Origin: Octopus sinensis
Taxonomy: Eukaryota
Assembly (NCBI RefSeq): GCF_006345805.1
Contig: NC_043001.1
Location: 125,302,001 to 125,366,000 of the forward strand
Reading direction: 5' to 3'
DNA: 64,000 nucleotides
Under the pieces are notes generated by a model. The model did no database searches, was not told the origin of the DNA, and saw nothing but the letters and a program-made list of their open reading frames with translations. Positions 1 to 13,118 of this stretch are shown here, one piece after another. Both the position numbers and the translations under genes were made by a program. The stretch's first letter is position 1, and each line of letters starts with the position of its first letter.

Positions 1-159
1 AAATCTCTGGTGAGACTTTTTATTAGTGTGCCTGAAGAGACCCAGAACGAGTCGAAACATGTGTTGTACCCAATGAAGTTTATCACACTTTCCATCTCCT
101 ATTTTATGAATACTGTTCCCTTCCGGTCATTTCGAAATGTAACCACATGTGGAGCTTTA

Positions 160-322
160 TGGAAAATTACGAGGACTTCCGGGAAAGTTCCGAGGTTGAG
201 ATTCCTGTAAAATTCCGAGGATTTCCTGGAAAGTTCCGAGAGTACGAATTCCTGGAAAATTCTGAGCACCTCCTGGAAAGTTCCGAGGATGAGAGACTTC
301 CTGGAAACTTCTGAGCATGAGA
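160..322. repeat. Degenerate minisatellite, about 7 units of ~20-26 bp built on TTCC(T/G)GGAAA(G/A)TTC(C/T)GAG
   Basis: Recurring ttccgggaaagttccgag, ttcctggaaagttccgag, ttcctggaaaattctgag and ttcctggaaacttctgag motifs read directly. Confidence 0.75.
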
Positions 323-374
323 CTACCTTTCTTCACAGCAATGAATTTCAACAAGATATTTTTTGAGGTATCAA

Positions 375-766
375 TGTATGCATGTATGCATGTATGTATG
401 TATGTATGCATGGATGCCTGTATGTATGTACGTATGTATGTGTATGTATGTATGTATGTATGCATGCATGCATGCATGTATGTGTATGTATGTATGTATG
501 TATGTATGTATGTATGCACGCATGCAAGTATGTATGTATGTATGTATGTATGCATGTATGTATGCATGTATGCATGTACGCATGTATACATGCATGCATG
601 CACGCATGCAAGTATGTATGTATCCATGGATGCCTGTATGTTTATATGCATGCATGTATATGTATATGCATTCATGTATGCATGTATGTTTATATGCATG
701 CATGCATGTATGTATGCATGTATGTATGTATGTATGTATGTACGTACGTGCCTATGTGTGTATGTA
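375..766. repeat. (TATG)n/(TGCA) degenerate tetranucleotide microsatellite
   Basis: Direct reading; it produces the YVCM/HTYI ORFs. Confidence 0.95.
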
Positions 767-1377
767 TGTTCACTTCTTCTTTTATTCTTTTACTTGTTTC
801 GGTCATTGGGCTGCGGTTGTGCTGGAGTGGGCCCTGCCTTGAAGGGATTTTGTTGAATATATTGATCCCAGTACTTGTTTACTGTAAAGTCTGGTCTTCA
901 TTTTAGCCGTCTCTTTTGCTGAACCGCTAAATTATGTGAATGTAAACAAACCAAAACCGGTTGTCATGCAGTGTGGAGGCAGACAGACACATAAACACGC
1001 ACGCTCTCTCTCTCTCTGCGTCTTTCACACAGACACACACACGCCCTCCCTTGCACGCAAGCATGTGCACACACACACACATGCCGACGACCCTCGACCC
1101 ACACACAGCAAAAGCTTGTTCAACTATGCTCACTACAGTCGCTAAAATTACGATTCTCTCTTGTATTATAAATCTTTCGAACGTTGATATTCCAAGGAGA
1201 CTGCTTCTATATGATTTATTCTGACATTGTCATTTCTTTTATGAAAAACCAGTGGCTTACAACAAAAAATAAACACACCAATATAACCAATGAATTGAAG
1301 ATTTACAATCGAAATATTGATAATGTTGAGAAATAATTGGATTTAATGCCAATTTCAGCTGTTATAGAATTGGAATT

Positions 1378-1684
1378 TTTTTTCGCCCTTTTCAAGACTA
1401 GCCAGGCTCATGGACCCGGTTCCCCAGTTTCTGTGGCGTATGTGTTCCCCCCAGCTGGACGGGATGCCAGTCCATCGCAGCGTCGCTCAAGAAACAGGAA
1501 AAGGGAGTGAGAGAAAGTTATGGCGAAAGAGTACAACAGGGGTCGCCATCACCCCCTGCCGGAGACTCGTGGAGCTTTTAGGCGTTTTCGCTCAATAAAC
1601 ACACACAACGCCCGGTCTGGGAATCGAAACCGCGATCCTCCGACCGCGAGTCCGATGCCCTAACCATTGTGCCATTGCGCCTCC
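1378..1684 (-). mobile_element. tRNA-derived SINE, family R head with an alternative 3' tail
   Basis: Reverse complement starts ggaggcgcaatggcacaatggttagggcatcggactcgcgg (A box/B box tRNA head) and matches family R up to cctgtttct, then continues with a different ~110-bp tail ending in oligo-A. Confidence 0.85.
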
Positions 1685-1805
1685 TTTTATACTACTGACC
1701 ATTATTACACTGCGTTCCTTTTCGAAGGTTATACTTCTGCAAACTATAGACAAAATATACCTTGTAAATACCTTCCTTTTGAAAGGGGGAGACATTCTCA
1801 ATTAT

Positions 1806-2228
1806 GGCGCAGGAGTGGCTGTGTGGTAAGTAGCTTGCTAACCAGCCACATGGTTCCGGGTTCAGTCCCACTGCGTGGCATCTTGGGCAAGTGTCTTCTG
1901 CTATAGCCCCGGGCCGACCAATGACTTGTGAGTGGATTTGGTAGACGGAAACTGAAAGAAGCCTGTCGTATATATGTATATATATATATATAAGTGTGTG
2001 TGTATATGTTTGTGTGTCTGTGTTTGTTCCCCTAGCATTGCTTGACAACCGATGCTGGTGTGTTTACGTCCCCGTCACTTAGCGGTTCGGCAAAAAAAGA
2101 GACCGATAGAATAAGTACTGGGCTTACAAAGAATAAGTCCCGTGGTCGAGTTGCTCGACTAAAGGCGGTGCTCCAGCATGGCCGCAGTCAAATGACTGAA
2201 ACAAGTAAAAGAGTAAAGAGTAGAGAGT
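1806..2228 (+). mobile_element. tRNA-derived SINE family A (CORE-like centre, internal TA/TG microsatellite), full length
   Basis: Head ggcgcaggagtggctgtgtggtaag...gggttcagtccc, CORE-like cttgggcaagtgtctt, tail ...gctccagcatggccgcagtcaaatgactgaaacaag(taaaagag)n; more than 15 copies in the window. Confidence 0.9.
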
Positions 2229-2487
2229 ATGTCAAATATTTATAGAATACTTTATGTGCTTGCTGCCCCAGAAGACGACAGTACGTTGTTGCTAAAACAA
2301 TGTAATTATAATATAACCGTTTCTATTATAGGTACAAGGCTTGAAATTTGTGTGGAAGGGGTAAGTCGATTTTATCGATCCCCAATGCTTAACTGCAACT
2401 TATTTTATCGACTCCGAAAAGATGAATAGTAAAGTCGACCTTGGCAGGATTTGAACTAAGTATTTTGTCCGGTGCAGTAACAATTCT

Positions 2488-4076
2488 TATTTCTTTATTG
2501 CTCACAAGGGGCCAAACACAGAGGGGACAAACAAGGACAGACAAACGGATTAAGTCGATTTCATCGAACCCAATGCGTAACTGGTACTTAATTTATCGAC
2601 CCCGAAAGGATGAAAAGCAAAGTCGACCTCGGCGGAATTTGAACTCAGAACGTAACGGCAGACGAAATACCTATTTCTTTACTAAACACAGAGAGGGCAA
2701 ACAAGGACAGACAAATGGATTAAGTCGATTTCATCGAATCCAATGCGTAACTGGGACTTAATTTATCGACCCCGAAAGGATGAAAAGCAAAGTCGACCTC
2801 GGCGGAATTTGAACTCAGAACGTAACGGCAGACGAAATACCTATTTCTTTACTAAACACAGAGAGGGCAAACAAGGACAGACAAATGGATTAAGTCGATT
2901 TCATCGAATCCAATGCGTAACTAGGACTTAATTTATCGACCCCGAAAGGATGAAAAGCAAAGTCGACCTCGGCGGAATTTGAACTCAGAACGTAACGCAC
3001 GACGAATACCTATTTCTTTACTAAACACAGAGAGGGCAAACAAGGACAGACAAATGGATTAAGTCGATTTCATCGAACCCAATGCGTAACTGGTACTTAA
3101 TTTATCGACCCCGAAAGGATGAAAAGCAAAGTCGACCTCGGCGGAATTTGAACTCAGAACGTAACGGCAGACGAAATACCTATTTCTTTACTAAACACAG
3201 AGAGGGCAAACAAGGACAGACAAACGGATTAAGTCGATTTCATCGAACCCAATGCGTAACTGGTACTTATTTATATCGACCCCGAAAGGATGAAATGCAA
3301 AGTCGACCTCGGCGGAATTTGAACTCAGAACGTAACGGCAGACGAAATACCTATTTCTTTACTAAACACAGAGAGGGCAAACAAGGACAGACAAACGGAT
3401 TAAGTCGATTTCATCGAACCCAATGCGTAACTGGTACTTAATTTATCGACCCCGAAAGGATGAAAGCAAAGTCGACCTCGGCGGATTTGAACTCAGAACG
3501 TAACGGCAGACGAAATACCTATTTCTTACTAAACACAGAGAGGGCAAACAAGGACAGACAAATGGATTAAGTCGATTTCATCGAATCCAATGCGTAACTG
3601 GGACTTAATTTATCGACCCCGAAAGGATAAAAGCAAAGTCGACCTCGGCGGAATTTGAACTCAGAACGTAACGGCAGACGAAATACCTATTTCTTTACTA
3701 AACACAGAGAGGGCAAACAAGGACAGACAAATGGATTAAGTCGATTTCATCGAATCCAATGCGTAACTGGGACTTAATTTATCGACCCCGAAAGGATGAA
3801 AGGCAAAGTCGACCTCGGCGGAATTTGAACTCAGAACGTAACGGAAGACGAAATACCTATTTCTTTACTAATCACAGAGAGGGCAAACAAGGACAGACAA
3901 ATGGATTAAGTCGATTTCATCGAATCCAATGCGTAACTGGGACTTAATTTATCGACCCCGAAAGGATGAAAAGCAAAGTCGACCTCGGCGGAATTTGAAC
4001 ACAGAACGTAACGGCAGACGAAATACGGCTACGTATTTCGCCCGGCGTGCTAACGTTTCTGCCAGCTCGCCGCCTT
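2488..4076 (-). repeat. Tandem array of 9 x ~170-bp SINE family N bodies behind a single tRNA-like head
   Basis: ct(g/a)g(t/g)actta marker at 2581, 2751, 2921, 3090, 3260, 3431, 3598, 3767 and 3937; single head (rc aaggcggcgagctggcagaaacgttagcacgccgggcgaaat) at 4030-4076. Confidence 0.95.
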
Positions 4077-4285
4077 AAATGTAATATACTATATAGCAAT
4101 GTAATGTAATAAATATAATACAATTCACACACACACACACACACACACACGCGCGTGTGTGTGTATGTATGTACATGTGTGTATTTATATGTATTTTTGT
4201 GTTTGCGTTTGCCTTCAACATCACTGGACAAATGATGCTAGTTTGTTTACGTCCCCCTAACCCAACTGGCTGAAACAAATAAAAT

Positions 4286-4317
<32 letters not shown>

Positions 4318-4551
4318 TGTATGTATGTATGTATGTATGTTCGACGCCTGCCATCCCTAAAGAGTACGCGTAATAGATAACCACCCTGTTACCTAATATC
4401 GAATGATTTAATATCCGGTGCGAAACCAATTGGTAAGCCCGGGTATTATGGATCTATAATTCTGTATACTTTGGTTACTATACCAACTCTATCGACAGAT
4501 GGAAGAATGCCTATCTTTTCAGACTTATGTATTCTTAGATGACAATACAAA

Positions 4552-4860
4552 CACACATTCACACACACACACACACACACACATGCACACACACACACAC
4601 GCACATTCACACACACACATTCACACACACACACACATTCACACACACATTCACACACACACACATTCACACACACACACATTCACACACACAGACATTC
4701 ACACACATATACACATTCACACACACACATTCACACACACATCACACACACACACACACACACATTCACACACACATTCACACACACACATTCACACACA
4801 CACACATTCACACACACACACACACACACAACACACACACACATTCACACAACACACACA
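4552..4860. repeat. (CA)n microsatellite with CACATT interruptions
   Basis: Direct reading. Confidence 0.95.
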
Positions 4861-5124
4861 TATCATGTCATATGTGGGAAGATACTGTATAGGAACAAAT
4901 ACAAAAAAAAATATATATTTCTGATGTTGAGTATATCCATGCATGAAATATCACTGCAACGTTTCCACCAAGACCAACCACTGATTGTAAACAGAGCAGG
5001 CGGCCTGATAAATAAGCTATCTACTGTGGTGGAGATCAATTAATTTGCCCAGTGGCTGTCAACGTTTCACTTCAAATTAGTGGGACATTTTTTGTTAGCT
5101 CCAAAGAAAAAAAAGATATACTCT

Positions 5125-5497
5125 CTCTTTTTACTCTTTTACTTGTTTCAGTCATTTGACTGCGGCCATGCTGGAGCTCCGCCTTTAATCGAGAAAATCG
5201 ACCCCGGGACTTATTCTTTTGTAAGCCCAGTACTTATTCTATCGGTCTCTTTTGCCGAACCGCTAAGTGACGGGGACATAAACACACCAGCATCGGTTGT
5301 CAAGCAATGCTTGGGGGACAAACACAGACACATGCGACAGGCTTCTTTCAGTTTCCGTCTACCAAATCCACTCACAAGGCATTGGTCGGCCCGAGGCTAT
5401 AGTAGAAGACACTTGCCCAAGGTGCCACGCAGTGGGATTGAACCCGGAACCATGTGGTTTGTAAACAAGCTACTTACCACACAGCCACTCCTGCGCC
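5125..5497 (-). mobile_element. SINE family A, full length
   Basis: Reverse-complement match to 1806-2228. Confidence 0.9.
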
Positions 5498-5822
5498 TAT
5501 ATATATATATATATTTAAAAACAATTATGCGAGTTATGTAAATTCCAGCACTTTAATGGACAGTGAAATGAAGCAAGACTTCTTTGTGAAGTTTGTCATG
5601 TGACAGAAACAAAATTCATAGTTTTGTTGAAGGTTGTTTTGATTTCAACGAAGAATCTTTGTTCATTTAATTAGAATCTATATTTAGATATATTGATTTC
5701 CAGTTCGATTAATAACTATAATTATAGATGCTACAAAAGTAATCGGTGTTGTCGTTGAAGTAGATGGAACTGCCACGTGCATAAAATATAATTGAATTAC
5801 TATAAATTAAAAGACATTTTGG

Positions 5823-6204
5823 GGAAGCACTCCGTCGGTTACGACGACGAGGGTTCCGGTTGATCCGAATCAACGGAACAGCCTGCTCGTGAAATTAACG
5901 TGTAAGTGTCTGAGCACTCCACAGACACGTGCACCTTTAACGTAGTTCTCGGGAATATTCAGTGTGACACAGAGAGTGACAAGGCCGGCCCTTTGAAATA
6001 CAGGTACAACAGAAACAGGAAGTAAGAGTGAGAGAAAGTTGTGGTGAAAGAGTACAGCAGGGATCACCACCACCCCCTGCCGGAGCCTCGTGGAGCTTTA
6101 GGTGTTTTTGCTCAATAAACACTCACAACGCCCGGTCTGGGAATCGAAACCGCGATCCTACGACCGCGAGTCCGCTGCCCTAACCACTGGGCCATTGCAC
6201 CTCC
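5823..6204 (-). mobile_element. tRNA(Arg-like)-derived SINE family R, full length with 11-bp TSD
   Basis: Reverse complement of 12391-12773; aaaagacattt flanks both sides (5809-5819 and 6205-6215). Confidence 0.9.
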
Positions 6205-6919
6205 AAAAGACATTTAACGAATGAACGCAGGCATGACTTTGCGGTTATTTAATCCGTTTCGAATCTATTTGATTTCAAGATCGATCGCACAGCGCAGCAA
6301 ATTAGCCAATGTCCTCTATCATAGCATTAGGTCGACCAAAGCCCTTTTGAGTGAAATTTGGTTGACGGAAACTGTGCAGAGGCTCATTGGAGTAATCATT
6401 CCTGTTTTGTGGTGTGAGGTGGTTTTAATTGCCATTTGGTAATCAAGACAGCCTTATAACGTTAATAAACCAAGAGTTTACATTGCATGGTATTTCAAAT
6501 AGCTCTGTTTATATCTGGTATTCAAATACATATCACTGGCCCCTTTGTGTTGTTCGCTCCCCATACTAGCAGTATATATTGTATATGGAGGGTGCAGCGT
6601 CGCACCGATAACCAGCTGGCGGAAGATCTGCCTGGGGTTAAACTAGTGGTAACACAGAACAGCCACTTTGATGTAGCGATTGATTTTACTTGTTAGTATA
6701 GTTACTACTCTGATCTCTTCTTGAGATTTTACAACTAGCTATTATGCTTGTTGCAAATCCGTCACCGATGGTCGCTTTCTTTACAATGTATTGCTGACCG
6801 GAACAGACCCAGGCCATCGCTCTGGTGACCAGGTGCTCCTGACTGAGAATAAGCCAACCAGCTCGAAACTGAGTCAGTGTCGCAATCCTGTTGTCTGCTA
6901 GAGGATGGTAAGAGTTCAA

Positions 6920-7680
<761 letters not shown>

Positions 7681-7697
7681 CGCCTATGTGTATATAT

Positions 7698-7922
7698 AAA
7701 GGGAAAGTTTACGAAAATAAACAAAAGACGAAGGCAGGTGGAGTACAAACAAACAAATGTATTAGTATAGCACTCAGGAATAGAAAAAGTCTTTTACATT
7801 TCGAGCCTACGCTCTTCGACAGAATGATACACAGAAAAAAAACAAGGAGAGAAACAAGGAGAGAAAAAAAGATGCGTGTAGGAGCTAACGATCTATCATG
7901 GCATGAATGTATTAGCATAGGC
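7698..7922 (-). mobile_element. Penelope-derived non-autonomous repeat with hammerhead-like motif
   Basis: Homologous to 31742-31941 and 50780-50920; rc motif ctgtcgaagagcgtaggctcgaaatgtaaaag. Confidence 0.6.
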
Positions 7923-8221
7923 ATCGCTTCATTTTTAACATCTCTGTTATGCATTTCATACAATGACTGGCCATAGCTGAGAAAGGCAAATCACTCAAAG
8001 AAATTCCATGATAGAATGAAGGTATGTATCAGCGTAGGTGGTAAGCTCGATTAACACCTGCTGCAATGCTGCAAGAGGCACCTGTCATTGCCATATTTAT
8101 GCAAAAGATAAGAGTATGGGTTCCTACCAGAACTGAAAAGTCACATCCATGCTGCTCGTGTCTGAGAGAACTAATTATTCAAGGAATAGCTTCACTTGAA
8201 ATCGAGTTGCAACAATCTCGG

Positions 8222-8915
8222 TATGCATGTATGTATGTATGTATGTATGTATGTATGTATGTATGTATGTATGTATGTATGTATGTATGTATGTATGTGT
8301 GTATGTATGTATGTATGTATGTATGTATGTATGTATGTGTGCATGTATGTATGCATGTATGTATGTGTGTGTGTGTGTATGTATGTGTGTATGTATGTAT
8401 TATGTATGTACGTATGTATGTATGTATGTATGTATGTATGTATGTATGTATGTTATGTATGTATGTGTGTGTATGTGAGTGTATGTATATATATAATTAT
8501 GTGAATGTATGTGTATGTATGTATGCGTATGTACGTATGTATGTATGTATGTATGTATGTATGTATGTATGTATGTATGAATGTATGTATGTGTATGTGT
8601 GTGTCAGTGTATGTATGTGTGTATGTATGTCTGTATGTCTGTATGTCTGTAAATGTATATATACATATATACACACACACATACACATAAACATAGATAT
8701 ATAAACAATTGTGTGTGTATGTGTGTGTGTGTTTGTGTGTGGTGCGTGTGTGTGGCGTGTGCATGTGTGTGGTGTATGTATGTGTGTTGTGCGTATGTGT
8801 GTGTGCGTGTGCATGCGTGCGCATGTTTATTAGTGAGAGTGGGGGAACAAATAAAAGTAATAGTCAACACACATACACACACATATGCATACATACACAC
8901 ACACACACACACACA
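8222..8915. repeat. (TATG)n/(TG)n/(CA)n compound microsatellite
   Basis: Direct reading. Confidence 0.95.
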
Positions 8916-9081
8916 TATGTAGGCAGGCAAGCGCACAAACACACAGAAGCACACCTGAATAGTGATACAGTGATGTAACCTTGTGAAAGAGAAGATGAAA
9001 ACCAATTAATGAAGACGTGTCTCACAAGGATTCCACTTCTGTATTTGAGCATTTCTCATTAACACCATATTTCTATTATCT

Positions 9082-9103
9082 ACATAACAACAACAACAAC
9101 AAC

Positions 9104-9190
<87 letters not shown>

Positions 9191-9397
9191 AATAATAATA
9201 ATAATAATGATGATGATGATGATGATGATGATGATAATAACAACGACAATAATAATAATAATAACAACAATAATAACAATAACATCAACAATAATAATAA
9301 TAATAATAATAACAACAACAATAATGATGATGATGACGTTGATGATGTTGATGATGATGATGTTGACGATGATGATGATGATGATGGCGATGATGGC

Positions 9398-9433
<36 letters not shown>

Positions 9434-9475
9434 AGTGATGATGATGATGATGATGGCGATGATGGCGATGATGGC

Positions 9476-9514
<39 letters not shown>

Positions 9515-9562
9515 AGTGATGATGATGATGACGATGATGATGATGATGATGGCGATGATGGC

Positions 9563-9601
<39 letters not shown>

Positions 9602-10020
9602 AGTGATGATGATGATGACGATGATGATGATGATGATGGCGATGATGGCGATGATGGCGATGATGATGATGATGATGATGATCATGATGATGATGATGGC
9701 GATGATATGATGATGATGATGACGATGATGATGATGATGGCGATGATGATAATGACGATGACGATGATGACGATGACGATGATGATGATGATGATGATAA
9801 TCATAATAACAATATAACAACAACAACAACAACAATAATAATAATAACAACAATAATAATAACGATGATGATGATGATGATGATGATAACAGCAATAATA
9901 ATAATGAGTAGTAGTAGCAGCAGCAGCAACAGTAGCAATTTCAGTATTAGTAGTAGTACTTGTAGTAATAGTAGTAGTAGTAGTCGTTTTTGTTGCAGCT
10001 CTTATTGCTGTTGTTGTTTT
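9082..10020. repeat. Compound trinucleotide microsatellite (AAC/AAT/GAT/AGT/GTT) with an 81-87-bp higher-order repeat
   Basis: Direct reading; atagtgat marker at 9432, 9513 and 9600. Confidence 0.95.
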
Positions 10021-10225
10021 TGATGTCGCTGGACTTGCAAAATCATTAGAGCACCGGAGACAATGCATTGCAGTATTTCTTCTGGCCCTTTACATTCTGA
10101 GTTCAAGCCCTGTCGAGGTCAACTTTGGCTTTCGTCACTTCGGAGTCGATTTTTAAAATAGTGGCGCCGATGGTACAGTCTAACCCTCTTCCTGGTGCTG
10201 GCCTTGTTTCTAAATTAGAAACCAA

Positions 10226-10266
<41 letters not shown>

Positions 10267-11088
10267 TATTATTATATTATTATTATTATTATTATTATTA
10301 TTTTCTCTTTACCACGAGTTTTGTTGGAGCTCCTGGAGTCTTACATGCATAGCGGGCTTACAACTTGCAGCCTACGACACCACGCTATTCGTTCTTTTCA
10401 GCTATCTAACACTGATTATTCTGACCGTGCCAAGGAGGCCAACCTTTTGTAACATTTCTGCTTTACTAGGTTCATATTCATACCATTTATTAGTATGTTC
10501 AAATCCTAACTTTCCACAAAGTTCCCAGTGGATCACTCTCTTGGCTGTCATGTCTTTCATTGTATTCTTTCTGTGCTAGCATGCTACATTCGCTTACAAT
10601 ATGAGTAACGCTTTCCTCTTTTGATTTGCATAGCCTACACTGGGAATCTACTTAGTTTTTGTCTATCCTGGCTTTTATTCAATTAGTCCTTAATGCTTGA
10701 TCTTGTCCTGCTACTAATAAACTTTCTGTCTCTCTTTTCAGCTTTCATTTCTGCAACCATAACCACGTCTCACTACTACTGTTTGATGCAACTATGTTTG
10801 GGAATCTACCATGCAACGCCATCTCCTGCCAGTCAGATAATTTCTATTCCCTTTTCTGGTTTTTATCTTCGTTCCAAAGCAGACACAAACACACACACAC
10901 AGAAGTTAAATAAGACGTTAATGTCCGAGTCATATCAATAAATTTTACTTCACTAAATGTATACACCATCATTATCATCAATACCAAATTACACATACAT
11001 ACATAGAACCACACAGACACACAGACATACACACACAGTCACACATACACACGCACGCACACACACACACACGCGCACACGGGTATCT

Positions 11089-11322
11089 GCGGCGAGCTGG
11101 CAGAACCGTTAGCACGTCGGGCGAAATGCTTAGCGGTATTTCGGCTGCCGTTATGTTGTGAGTTCAAATTCCGCCGAGGTCGACTTTGCCTTTCATCCTT
11201 TCGGGGTCAATAAATTAAGTACCAGTTACGTACTGGATCGATATAATCGACTTAATACCTATGTCTGTCCATGTTTGTCCCCTCTATGTTTAGCCCCTTT
11301 TGGGTAATAAAGAAATAGGTAT
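11089..11322 (+). mobile_element. SINE family N monomer (Nin/Deu-like central domain)
   Basis: gcggcgagctggcagaa head; gaggtcgactttgcctttcatcctttcgggg core resembles the Deu/Nin SINE domain as I recall it; ends aaagaaataggtat. Confidence 0.85.
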
Positions 11323-12390
11323 CTGTGTGTGTGAGTGTGTGAGTGCTTCGCATGTATATATACAACATGTATGTGTGTATGTGTTACAGATATACCAAAC
11401 CACTATATTATTCCTAATTCAATTTATTCAATAACTTCAGATCTCTGTTCCTTGTACCTTCTCTCTCTTCTCCGTCTATATGTCACTCGCTCCCCTCTCT
11501 CAATCCCCCTTCATCGACCCCCTTCTCTCACTCCCTCATTCTAGCTCTTCTTCTAGCCGTTACTCCCTTTTTGTTTCTCCATTTCTCTCTCTCACTCACT
11601 CCATCCTTCTTTCCTCCCCTCTCACGCACTTTTTCTCTCTTCCCCTTCTTTCTCTTTCTCGCTTTCCCCCCACCGTCTCGCTTCACCGTCTTCCTTCCTC
11701 TGCCTTCAATCTCTCTCCAGCTTCCCGACTTCCCTCACAGATACCTGCTTTGTCATCCAATTACTAATGACATCCCTTATGAAATACCTCTACTCCCTTG
11801 ACAACTCACCTTTCTGTTCCAGAATAATTTTTCGGAAAATATACTCCCCCCCCCCACCGCGCCATAAAAAAGCACCTAATTCTTCGGGATCCTTGCTTCA
11901 ATAACCCATAACAGAACCTGATCCAATCCAACTTCTTTTTCTCTTCCTTCCTTTCCCTCACCTTTTCTCTCTGTCTATCTGTTTTCCTCTCTCTCTCCCC
12001 ACTCTCTCTCTTTCTCTCTCCCCTTTATTTCTCTCTCTCCCTTCCTCCCTTTCTCTTTCTCTCTCTCTCCCTGTCTTTCCCTCTCTCTGTGTTTCTATAT
12101 TTTGTTATTCGATAACTATATAATTGTATCGGCATAGTTTCACAAGTATGCCCCCCGCCACCTGCAATGGGTTTGTTTCCTCAAAGCTTACCGAAAAATG
12201 GAAATTTTTAAACGAAATTTTCTACAAATACCTTAAGATGGCAAAGTATACGATTATATTGGAATTCAATGTCAGAAAAAAATTTTGGTGGGCGCACACA
12301 CATACATACCAACTAACCCGCATCACATAATTTTTTCAAAATTTCAAGTCTCATTTTGTAGCTATGTAAGTGGTGCATATTACTATATAT

Positions 12391-12773
12391 GGAGGCGCAA
12401 TGGCCCAGTGGTTAGGGCAGCAGACTCGCGGTCATAGGATCGCGGTTTCGATTCCCAGACCGGGCGTTGTGAGTGTTTATTGAGCGTAAACACCTAAAGC
12501 TCCACGAGGCTCCGGCAGGGGATGATGGTGATCCCTGCTGTACTCTTTCACCACAACTTTCTCTCACTCTTACTTCCTGTTTCTGTTGTACCTGTATTTC
12601 AAAGGGCCGGCCTTGTCACTCTCTGTGTCACGCTGAATATTCCCGAGAACTACGTTAAGGGTACACGTGTCTGTGGAGTGCTCAGCCACTTACACGTTAA
12701 TTTCACGAGCAGGCTGTTCCGTTGATTCGGATCAACCGGAACCATCGTCGTCGTAACCGACGGAGTGCTTCCA
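12391..12773 (+). mobile_element. SINE family R, full length with 10-bp TSD
   Basis: tRNA head ggaggcgcaatggcccagtggttagggcagcagactcgcgg...ggtttcgattcccagacc; TSD tactatatat at 12381-12390 and 12777-12786. Confidence 0.9.
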
Positions 12774-12794
12774 CAATACTATATATTTAATACG

Positions 12795-13017
12795 CACGAG
12801 GTGGGGTGATGAAAAGTTCCTGGCTTTGAGTAAAAGAAAATACAGGAGAATCAGTTAACAATGATTTTATTGAACATATTCCCCTCTCAGATCCACACGC
12901 TTATTGCAGCACTCCTTCAGTTTTTCTAAGCCCGGTAAAAGCACTCAGAAGGGTAAGCCTCAAACCAGGCCTTTTGCGATACCTTTAAAGCCAAAAACTT
13001 TTCGGGACCCCCTCGTG
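12795..13017. mobile_element. Mariner-type MITE (~220 bp)
   Basis: Imperfect TIRs: cacgaggtggggtgatgaaaagttcctggcttt versus rc cacgagggggtcccgaaaagtttttggcttt. Confidence 0.65.
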
Positions 13018-13118
13018 TGTGCGTGCGTGCGTGCGTGTGTGTGTGTGTGTGTGGTGTGTGTGAGTATATGCGTGCGTAAGTATGTATGTATGTATGTAGT
13101 ATGTATGTATGTATGTAT

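Noticed and set aside
157-906. YVCM/HTYI-repeat ORFs here and throughout the track (also HTHT, IIII, LLLL, SLTH)
   Set aside because: Translations of (TATG)n, (CA)n, (AAT)n and (CACT)n repeats that lack stop codons.
2488-4076. CRISPR-like array or repeated MRNW(Y/D)LIYRPRKDEK peptide gene
   Set aside because: Units are full-length near-identical repeats with no unique spacers; the peptides are antisense readings of SINE N.
9017-9817. 266-aa poly-Asn/poly-Asp ORF (acidic biomineral-like protein)
   Set aside because: It lies almost entirely in a trinucleotide microsatellite that is open in several frames; there is no signal peptide or unique domain.
12391-12465. tRNA genes at the SINE heads (also 5823-6204, 19240, 20200-20283, 32910)
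   Set aside because: A and B boxes are present, but there is no proper acceptor stem and the heads continue into SINE bodies with TSDs.
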